Origin: an uncultured Methanosarcinaceae archaeon
GTDB taxonomy: Archaea; Halobacteriota; Methanosarcinia; Methanosarcinales; Methanosarcinaceae
NCBI GenBank assembly: GCA_963733675.1
Contig: CAVTET010000001.1
Coordinates: 384,001-448,000 of the forward strand
Length of the DNA: 64,000 nt
Direction of reading: 5' to 3'
Part shown: one piece after another, positions 56,535-64,000 of the stretch
Layout of the letters: the number at the start of each line of letters is the position of its first letter
How positions within the stretch are numbered: the stretch's first letter is position 1
The notes under the pieces: generated by a model
Seen by the model: the letters and a program-made list of their open reading frames with translations, nothing else
Database searches by the model: none
What the model was told of the DNA's origin: nothing
Position numbers and translations under genes: made by a program

Positions 56535-57839
56535 GTGTCTGACACAGTAGACATCTACGACGACAGAGGAAAACTGCTCGAGAGCAAAGTCGACATTATG
56601 AAGCTTGCTCCAACAAGAAACAAAGCAATTAAAAAAATCATCTTGGACACCAAGAGATCTGTTGCAATCTCCATTGCAGGTATTCAAGGCGCACTTGCTA
56701 GTGGTAAGATGGGTGGAAAAGGCCGTCACATCCTAGGTCGCGGACTCAACTACGACCTTGTTGGAAATGTTGATGCACTTGCAGCAAAGGTAAAAGATTT
56801 AGTTCAAGTGGACAAGGGAGATGACACCAATGTAAAGGTTCTCAAGGGAGGAAAGAGCCTTCTCGTTCAGTCCCCGGAGTCTAGGATGATCGCAGGCGCA
56901 GATTATATGTCTGCAACAACAGTAGGCGCAGCAGCAGTCACAGAGGCTATTCTGGACATGTTCAAAACCGACATGTACGATGCACCCATAGTTAAGGGCG
57001 CAGTATGGGGAAGTTACCCACAGACAATGGACCTCATGGGCGGAAACGTTGCAAGCATTATGAGCATCCCCCAGAACAACGAAGGTCTAGGTTTCTCTCT
57101 TAGGAATATCATGGCCAACCACGTTGCAGCAATCACCAGCCGGTCTGCTATAAATTCATCAGCTCTTTCTTCGATCTATGAGCAAGCCGGTATTTTTGAG
57201 ATGGGTGGTGCTGTCGGTATGTTTGAGAGACATCAACTTCTTGGTCTCGCATACCAGGGCCTTAATGCCAACAATATATTATATGATGTTGTGAAGGAAA
57301 ATGGAAAGACCGGTACGATGGGAACTGTTGTCCAGTCAATAGTCAACAGAGCAATTGAAGATGGAGTAATTTCAGTTGACAAAAAAGCACCTTCTGGATA
57401 CAACTTCTACAAGGCAAATGATGTCCCCAAGTGGAACGCTTATGCAGCAGCCGGTACACTTGCAGCCACTCTTGTAAACTGTGGTGCAGCACGTGCAGCT
57501 CAGGGTGTTTCTGCAACACTTCTCTACTTCAACGATATACTTGAGAAGGAAACAGGTCTCCCAGGATGTGACTATGGTAAAGTAGAAGGTGTAGCAGTAG
57601 GCTTCTCATTCTTCAGCCACTCAATCTACGGTGGCGGTGGACCAGGTGTCTTCAATGGTAATCACGTGGTTACCAGACACTCAAGAGGATTTGCAATCCC
57701 CTGCGTATGCGCAGCAGTAGCCCTCGATGCCGGTACCCAGATGTTCACAATCGAATCAACATCCGGACTCATAGGTGACGTTTTTGGTGGAATCCCAGAA
57801 TTCCGTGAGCCAATTAAAGCAGTCGCAGGAGCGCTCTGA
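56535..57839 (+). CDS. mcrB: Methyl-coenzyme M reductase beta subunit
   Basis: SDTVDIYDDRGKLL start and FSFFSHSIYGGGGPG. Confidence 0.99.
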   Translation: MSDTVDIYDDRGKLLESKVDIMKLAPTRNKAIKKIILDTKRSVAISIAGIQGALASGKMGGKGRHILGRGLNYDLVGNVDALAAKVKDLVQVDKGDDTNVKVLKGGKSLLVQSPESRMIAGADYMSATTVGAAAVTEAILDMFKTDMYDAPIVKGAVWGSYPQTMDLMGGNVASIMSIPQNNEGLGFSLRNIMANHVAAITSRSAINSSALSSIYEQAGIFEMGGAVGMFERHQLLGLAYQGLNANNILYDVVKENGKTGTMGTVVQSIVNRAIEDGVISVDKKAPSGYNFYKANDVPKWNAYAAAGTLAATLVNCGAARAAQGVSATLLYFNDILEKETGLPGCDYGKVEGVAVGFSFFSHSIYGGGGPGVFNGNHVVTRHSRGFAIPCVCAAVALDAGTQMFTIESTSGLIGDVFGGIPEFREPIKAVAGAL

Positions 57840-57862
57840 AAATATATTAACTAGGTCTAAAG

Positions 57863-58357
57863 ATGTCAGACTCTGCTTCAAATACAGAAGATTTGAGTAT
57901 TCAAATCGAAATTTTTCCAAGTAGAATCCTGTCTCCGGAAACAGCTCAGAAGCTCATGACTGAGCTTTACAAGATAAACGGAATAATCCGTGTTATGGTG
58001 CAGGGCAACAGGTTGCCTGAGAGGGTGTCTTCAGGTCCAGGCACTGGAGAAAAGGTGGAACATCCACTAAGAAAACCTATTCAGATAGGGGATCAGGTTA
58101 TTGAACTGAAGATCAGTGTAGGCAGAATCAGGGTTGAACTTTCAAATGCTGAATCGAAGGACAAAGTCAGAGACATATGCGAAAATATCCTCCCGTTCTC
58201 GTTTGAATTCAGAGAAGGACATTTTTTCAGGAGAAAGCCTACCGTGACTGACTATGCTAAACTTGGTCCTGAAGCTGATCCGCGCTTGCTTGGTATGGTA
58301 GACCCTAAAGGCAAGAAAAACCAGTTAGCCTTCATCGAAAAACAAGAAAAAACATAA
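57863..58357 (+). CDS. mcrD: MCR operon protein D
   Basis: QIEIFPSRILSPETA, GPGTG..V.HP.R and PTVTDYAKLG. Operon position. Confidence 0.95.
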   Translation: MSDSASNTEDLSIQIEIFPSRILSPETAQKLMTELYKINGIIRVMVQGNRLPERVSSGPGTGEKVEHPLRKPIQIGDQVIELKISVGRIRVELSNAESKDKVRDICENILPFSFEFREGHFFRRKPTVTDYAKLGPEADPRLLGMVDPKGKKNQLAFIEKQEKT

Positions 58358-58370
58358 AGATCATTTAAAA

Positions 58371-58988
58371 ATGATAGATAGGGAAACACAGATAGTTGAC
58401 TGCCGATGTGGTTCAGGACTTGGCAGAGGAGGAGGACTTGCTCAGCGAGGTACTCTCGCAGAAGCCTGCCGTGCAGATGTAGTGGCTATTGCCATGAGTC
58501 CAGGCCAGAGACATATCACAAAACCTGTATGTGAAATCACGTACGGAATGAGGAAAGAAAACATTCAGGTCAGTGTGTTGGTGCTCTATTCAGGCTCTGG
58601 AATTCCTGATTCAGGTATGATGACTGGATCTTTTGTGTTGAGTCCAATAGAAGTTGCGCAAATTGAGATGCACAAACTGGCTGTTATCCACCTCGGAAAT
58701 ATCAGGGACCACGTAATTAGGAAAGCCAGGGAAATCTTGAGCCAGGCTAATATACCAGCAATTATCGTCAGTCAGATACCGGTAGATTTTGAGGATTTTG
58801 CAGAAGCAGGGATAAAGACAAGATTAGTGATGCCAAGGGATGAAAATATTTGTACAAAAGGAATTGTGATGGATATTGTGAGTGGGGTTACACGCGGTGA
58901 CTCCTGTCCCAGGGACAAACTAAACTTAATCGTGAAATACGTCAAGACAACATTAGACCATTTAGAAAATCACAAAGGAGTTGCATGA
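58371..58988 (+). CDS. mcrC: MCR operon protein C
   Basis: VDCR..GLGRGGGLAQRGT and RHITKPVCEIT. Confidence 0.97.
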   Translation: MIDRETQIVDCRCGSGLGRGGGLAQRGTLAEACRADVVAIAMSPGQRHITKPVCEITYGMRKENIQVSVLVLYSGSGIPDSGMMTGSFVLSPIEVAQIEMHKLAVIHLGNIRDHVIRKAREILSQANIPAIIVSQIPVDFEDFAEAGIKTRLVMPRDENICTKGIVMDIVSGVTRGDSCPRDKLNLIVKYVKTTLDHLENHKGVA

Positions 58989-58989
58989 A

Positions 58990-59736
58990 ATGGTATATAA
59001 ACCACAATTTTACCCAGGAGCGACATCAGTTGGCGCTAACAGAAGAAAACACATGTCTGGAAAACTTGAAAAACTCAGGGAAATTTCAGACGAAGATTTA
59101 ACCGCAATTCTCGGACACCGTGCACCAGGAAGTGACTACCCGAGCACCCACCCACCACTTGCAGAAATGGGAGAGCCCGCATGCTCGACTCGTGAAATTG
59201 TCGAAGCTACCCCAGGCGCAAAGGCCGGTGACAGAGTTAGATATGTCCAGTTTACTGACTCTATGTATAATGCCCCAGCTACTCCGTACTTTAGATCATA
59301 CTTCGCAGCAATCAACTTCAGAGGTGTAGATCCAGGTACCCTTTCAGGTCGTCAGATCGTCGAAGCCCGTGAGAGAGACATGGAAAAGTGTGCAAAGGTT
59401 CAGGTGGAAACCGAAATTAGTGACCATGCACTCTGTGGTGTACGTGGTGCAACAGTGCACGGCCACTCCGTTCGTCTCCAGGAAGATGGTGTAATGTTTG
59501 ATATGCTCGACAGGAGAAGACTCGAAGGCGGCAACATCATCATGGACAAGGACCAAGTTGCAATTCCACTCGATAGGAAAGTAAACCTTGGAAAGCCTAT
59601 GTCTGAAGCAGAAGCTGCAAAGAGGACTACCATCTACCGTGTGGACAATGTGGCCTTCAAGGACGACGCAGAAGTCGTTGAATGGGTGCACAGAATATTC
59701 GATAATAGGACTAAGTACGGATTCCAGCCGAAATGA
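58990..59736 (+). CDS. mcrG: Methyl-coenzyme M reductase gamma subunit
   Basis: [29 protein letters not shown] and [12 protein letters not shown] at 58990. Confidence 0.99.
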   Translation: MVYKPQFYPGATSVGANRRKHMSGKLEKLREISDEDLTAILGHRAPGSDYPSTHPPLAEMGEPACSTREIVEATPGAKAGDRVRYVQFTDSMYNAPATPYFRSYFAAINFRGVDPGTLSGRQIVEARERDMEKCAKVQVETEISDHALCGVRGATVHGHSVRLQEDGVMFDMLDRRRLEGGNIIMDKDQVAIPLDRKVNLGKPMSEAEAAKRTTIYRVDNVAFKDDAEVVEWVHRIFDNRTKYGFQPK

Positions 59737-59746
59737 GGTGACCACA

Positions 59747-61462
59747 ATGGCAGCAGATATTTACTCTAAATTCAAAAAATCAATGGAAGTCAAGTTCACA
59801 ACGGAATTTGGTTCTAACAAGCAGTCCACAAAGGACATTACCGACAAGACCGAAAAATTCCTGAGGCTTGGGCCTACGCAAGATCCAAGAAAAGCCGACA
59901 TGATTACTGCCGGAAAGAAACTTGCAGAGAAGAGAGGCCTAGCATTCTACAACCCGATGATGCACTCAGGTGCTCCCATAGGTCAGCGTGCAATTACTCC
60001 CTATATCATTTCCGGCACTGACATCGTTGCAGAACCTGATGATCTCCACTACGTAAACAACGCTGCAATGCAGCAGATGTGGGATGATATCAGGAGAACG
60101 TGTATAGTCGGTCTTGACCTTGCGCATGAGACCCTTGAGAAAAGGCTGGGTAAGGAAGTTACCCCTGAAACTATTAACCACTATCTTGAAGTCCTTAACC
60201 ACGCCATGCCTGGCGCAGCAGTTGTTCAGGAAATGATGGTTGAAACCCATCCAGCGCTTGTAGATGACTGTTACGTCAAAGTCTTCACAGGCGATGACAC
60301 GCTTGCAGACGAAATAGACAAGCAGTTCCTTATCAATATCAATAAGGAATTCAATGCAGAACAGGCAGCTCAGATTAAGGCCTCCATCGGTAAAACTTCC
60401 TGGCAGGCAATCCACATCCCGACAATCGTCTCCAGAACGACTGACGGTGCTCAGACCTCCAGGTGGGCAGCCATGCAGATAGGTATGTCCTTCATTTCCG
60501 CATATTCAATGTGCGCCGGTGAAGCAGCTGTTGCTGACCTGTCCTTCGCTGCAAAGCATGCAGCTCTGGTTTCCATGGGTGAAATGCTGCCTGCAAGGCG
60601 TGCACGTGGTCCTAATGAGCCAGGTGGACTGTCCTTCGGTCACATCTCAGACATCATCCAGACTAGCCGCAAAGTGACTGACGATCCAGCAAAGATCGCC
60701 CTTGAAGTCGTGGGTTCAGGCTGCATGTTGTATGACCAGATCTGGCTCGGATCCTACATGTCCGGTGGTGTCGGGTTCACACAGTATGCAACAGCTGCAT
60801 ACACTGACGATATCCTCGACAACAATGTTTACTACAACATTGATTACATCAACGACAAATACAAGGGTGCTGCAAAGGTCGGCAAGGATAACAAGATAAA
60901 GGCAACCTTGGACGTCGTAAAGGATATTGCAACCGAGTCCACAGTCTATGGTATCGAAACCTACGAAAAATTCCCGACAGCCCTTGAAGATCACTTTGGT
61001 GGGTCTCAGAGAGCAACTGTGCTCGCAGCAGCAGCAGGTGTCGCAACAGCTATTGCAACCGCAAATGCTAACGCTGGGCTCTCAGCATGGTATCTATCCA
61101 TGTACCTTCATAAGGAAGCATGGGGCCGTCTCGGCTTCTTCGGATACGACTTGCAAGACCAGTGTGGTGCCACAAATGTTCTGTCCTACCAGGGCGATGA
61201 AGGTCTCCCAGACGAACTACGTGGGCCTAACTACCCTAACTACGCAATGAATGTCGGACACCAGGGTGGATACGCAGGTATTGCTCAGGCAGCTCACGCA
61301 GGCCGTGGCGACGCGTTCACCGTTAACCCCCTCATCAAGGTATGTTTCGCTGATGAACTCCTGCCCTTCAATTTCGCTGAACCCAGGAGAGAATTCGGTC
61401 GCGGTGCCATGAGAGAGTTTGTCTGTGCCGGTGAGAGATCTCTCATCATCCCAGCAAAATAA
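59747..61462 (+). CDS. mcrA: Methyl-coenzyme M reductase alpha subunit
   Basis: [37 protein letters not shown] and [11 protein letters not shown] at 59747 after GAGGTG. Confidence 0.99.
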   Translation: MAADIYSKFKKSMEVKFTTEFGSNKQSTKDITDKTEKFLRLGPTQDPRKADMITAGKKLAEKRGLAFYNPMMHSGAPIGQRAITPYIISGTDIVAEPDDLHYVNNAAMQQMWDDIRRTCIVGLDLAHETLEKRLGKEVTPETINHYLEVLNHAMPGAAVVQEMMVETHPALVDDCYVKVFTGDDTLADEIDKQFLININKEFNAEQAAQIKASIGKTSWQAIHIPTIVSRTTDGAQTSRWAAMQIGMSFISAYSMCAGEAAVADLSFAAKHAALVSMGEMLPARRARGPNEPGGLSFGHISDIIQTSRKVTDDPAKIALEVVGSGCMLYDQIWLGSYMSGGVGFTQYATAAYTDDILDNNVYYNIDYINDKYKGAAKVGKDNKIKATLDVVKDIATESTVYGIETYEKFPTALEDHFGGSQRATVLAAAAGVATAIATANANAGLSAWYLSMYLHKEAWGRLGFFGYDLQDQCGATNVLSYQGDEGLPDELRGPNYPNYAMNVGHQGGYAGIAQAAHAGRGDAFTVNPLIKVCFADELLPFNFAEPRREFGRGAMREFVCAGERSLIIPAK

Positions 61463-61489
61463 ACTAAATGGTCAAATATTTTAAAACCT

Positions 61490-61525
61490 AGTAGGCTTTT
61501 TTGCCTACTTTTTCTTTTTTGTCTT
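61490..61525 (+). terminator. mcr operon terminator
   Basis: AGTAGGC-T-rich loop-GCCTACT hairpin followed by T tracts. Confidence 0.7.
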
Positions 61526-62159
61526 TCATATTTGTTTTAATATATTTTTTCTCAGAAATTGTTTTTGTTCAATAGGGATATATATTCCAGAATATTTTGA
61601 TAAACTCTGATGCATTTGGGAATTGGAAAATTTAGCTCTGTTAAATATCATTTTAAATATTAAGATAGCATCAGCTTTTCAAAAATCATTTGAGAGCCTT
61701 CAAAAACTTCACCAAAATTAGCTCTAATTATTCAATTTCTAACCCAAAATGCTAAAAAAATTATATAAGTATGGGGAGTTTTGCTCTATTTTTTCATTTC
61801 TGCTGTCAAATTAATTGGCCAGTACTAAATATCGTCCCCGTAATATATAATAATCTGGCAAATTCAGTACCTTAGATTCAAGCTAAATTTGGGAAAAATA
61901 ATTATCAAAAGACAGAGAATTATCCGTCAAATAAAATTTTTACAAACGGGACAAAAATTTATTGATATAAATATTACTTTTATATCCTTCTCAAATATGA
62001 AAATATATTTGATATCAAAATCGAAATGTTAAATTAGAGATCACAAATAAGATATTAAAATAGATCAAAATAAAATTTGAAGATAAGCCTCAAAAAAGAA
62101 AGAATCAAAGAAAACACATTGTAGTAATGGAATCTCCTAAAAATCATTAAAATTTCAAA

Positions 62160-62212
62160 ATAAATACAAAAAGACTGAAAAAACAGGTCTATATAAAATT
62201 TTTCAGTCTTGC
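62160..62212 (-). terminator. Probable terminator of the TRAM gene cluster
   Basis: AAGACTGAAAAA / TTTTTCAGTCTT inverted repeat just after the last TRAM stop, T-rich downstream on the minus strand. Confidence 0.45.
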
Positions 62213-62236
62213 TTGTTTTTATTTTAAGTATCACGC

Positions 62237-62443
62237 TTATTTAACGAGACTAGCAAAACCATATTTTGGAAGTATCCTTTCTATCTTAATTCTTACCTCA
62301 TCGCCAACCTTGGTTCCTGGGACAAAAATTACAAAGCTCTCTATACGAGCAATACCATCTCCCTGGCGAGCGATATCTTGAATTGTCACATCGTAAATTT
62401 CGCCTTCTTCGACAGGAACAGAGCTACTTTCGTCTCTGAGCAT
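62237..62443 (-). CDS. Stand-alone TRAM-domain RNA-binding protein
   Basis: PVEEGEIYDVTIQDIARQGDGIARIE.FVIFVP. Confidence 0.9.
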   Translation of the reverse strand: MLRDESSSVPVEEGEIYDVTIQDIARQGDGIARIESFVIFVPGTKVGDEVRIKIERILPKYGFASLVK

Positions 62444-62505
62444 CAAAACCATTCCTTAATAGATCAAGTTGAAATTTGAAGCAATCATTCGATTAGAACC
62501 TGTAT

Positions 62506-62712
62506 TTACTCGACAACACTTGCAAATGCAAATTTGGGGAGTACCCTTTCTACTTTAATTCGAACCTCATCACCAACTTTGGTGCCCGGAACAAAGATAA
62601 CGAAACCCTCTATACGGGCAATGCCATCTCCCTGGCGAGCAATATCCTGAATTGTTACATCATAAACTTCGCCCTCTTCGATAGGGACTGAGCGACTCTC
62701 TTCTCTGAACAT
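62506..62712 (-). CDS. Stand-alone TRAM-domain RNA-binding protein
   Basis: Same motif, 68 aa, AAGGA RBS. Confidence 0.92.
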   Translation of the reverse strand: MFREESRSVPIEEGEVYDVTIQDIARQGDGIARIEGFVIFVPGTKVGDEVRIKVERVLPKFAFASVVE

Positions 62713-62778
62713 GAAAAATCATTCCTTAGTTTACTTAAGTTAAATTTTAGTATAACACTTGATTTTTGGAAACTGTAC

Positions 62779-62985
62779 TTATTCAACAACAGTTGCAAAT
62801 GCAAATTTGGGAAGTACCCTTCCAACCTTAATCTGAACTTCATCGCCTACACTAGTATTCGGGACAAAAACTACGAAGCCTTCGATACGGGCGATGCCAT
62901 CTCCCTGGCGAGCAATATCCTGAATAGTTACATCATAAGTTTCGCCCTCTTCAACGGGCACAGAAATACGTTCTTCTTTAAACAT
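62779..62985 (-). CDS. Stand-alone TRAM-domain RNA-binding protein
   Basis: Same motif, 68 aa, AAGGA RBS. Confidence 0.92.
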   Translation of the reverse strand: MFKEERISVPVEEGETYDVTIQDIARQGDGIARIEGFVVFVPNTSVGDEVQIKVGRVLPKFAFATVVE

Positions 62986-63485
62986 AGGTTCATTCCTTTA
63001 ACTTCGATTTAATTGCTTAAGAGCGCTCTTCGACAAAAAGAAGTAAAAACAGTACTTAAAATCCAAATTCAGGAAGTACACATCCTACTTAATCTACTTG
63101 GTTAACTAGTCTCCAACAGAGCTTCTGATAAGTCAATTAATTGGTCATATTCATATTCGCTTGTATATAAAATTTTGCTTCAATGATACTAAAATAGGAC
63201 TGATGCACTTGAGGTGTGAAATCGAGTGCAATAAACTTTATTATTAAATTTTAGATTTAAACAGTTGAAGGTTTGATGCCATTTACTTTATATTTCAAGT
63301 GCTTCAGTCCGATAAGCAATAACAGTAAAAAAAGTAATAAACATATGTAGCCCCAAAGAAACATATTATGAAATAGAATTGAAACTCGGTTAAGAATCAT
63401 CTCGCCTGCTACATTTATTTCGGAACAAAAATTCGTCACAAATTTAGAATATCAAAATTAAATTTATCATGGAATACATTTATTT

Positions 63486-63846
63486 TTAAAAGGTACGAGA
63501 TATATACCATCTGCCCTTTTTGCCCTTTAACCAGTTCATAAAGTCTCAATAGAGCAAATTGGTTTTCTGTTTCTAGCAAAGATATCTCATATTTTTTGGG
63601 CAATTTTGGACTTTTTTTACTCCCCAACTCGAGACAATTAATTCATAGATGGCTTTTTGTAGCTCAGTAAAGCCTTATGTTCCTTCAAACCCAGCTTCTT
63701 CCCTAAATATTTTTTGAATGGATAGCCTAGGGATTACAAGCCTGAATTTTATGATGGCTTTCTATGTAACAGTCCTCACAGAAAATTTCGCCTTCTTCCT
63801 CAATGACATTTTTTCTTTTTAGTTCACCCCCTCAAACATTGCATTT
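63486..63846 (-). pseudogene. Decayed Zn-finger plus HTH-like hypothetical gene
   Basis: Fragments NVIEEEGEIFCEDCYIESHHKIQACNP*A, GFTELQKAIYELIV, ETENQFALLR.YELVKGQK and DGIYLVPF with stops and frameshifts. Confidence 0.6.
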
Positions 63847-64000
63847 GACGAGAATGGTTCTTCCTTCAGTCAATTTACAAAAGTTAATTTTTTTAAATTC
63901 CCAGTTTATCTAGAATTTCAAGAACAACTACCGACCAATAAGCTATGTAGATAATGACTACCTTGAGTCCCTTGAGTCTGGAAGATGAAGAAGTCTTCTA

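Noticed and set aside
50791-61250. Numerous short ORFs overlapping polD, mmp10 and mcr genes, and N-terminal extensions of mcrA, mmp10 and sua5
   Set aside because: These are antisense or alternate-frame shadows without motifs. The extensions overlap neighbours and lack an RBS, while downstream starts match the family N-termini.
63486-63846. In-frame TAG (P*A) as possible pyrrolysine read-through
   Set aside because: The same relic also has TAA stops and frameshifts, so ordinary decay explains it.
1-64000. CRISPR array or cas genes
   Set aside because: No regularly spaced 25-40 bp direct repeats with unique spacers were seen. Short duplications near 4905, 9861, 25393 and 32389 have only two units.

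Overview
Chromosomal window from a Methanosarcina-like methanogenic archaeon, inferred from the McrA/B/G sequences, the gene order rbcL-sua5-polD large subunit-mmp10-mcrBDCGA and the TTTAAGTA mcr promoter. Intact housekeeping genes: trx/trxB, pycBA-birA, wecB, an AAA ATPase, nadX, nadC, ogt, a CHASE4-type hybrid kinase with receiver and wHTH regulator, tRNA-Pro(UGG), hemB, form III RuBisCO, sua5, PolD DP2, mmp10, the full mcr operon and three tandem TRAM proteins. These sit in very AT-rich spacers full of decaying DNA: two 855-bp IS6 copies (one inactivated), relics of IS200, IS5, IS66 and probably ISH3 elements, two families of miniature non-autonomous elements (about 150 bp with IS6-type ends, about 90 bp with IS5-type ends), and several unannotated pseudogenes. 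No CRISPR array, rRNA or prophage was seen. I did not find one clearly new multi-gene system. The strongest leads are the two MITE families, the FilI/FilR-like signalling trio, an orphan Panacea/SocA-like protein and the overall pattern of gene decay. All family assignments come from manual motif recognition, not database searches.
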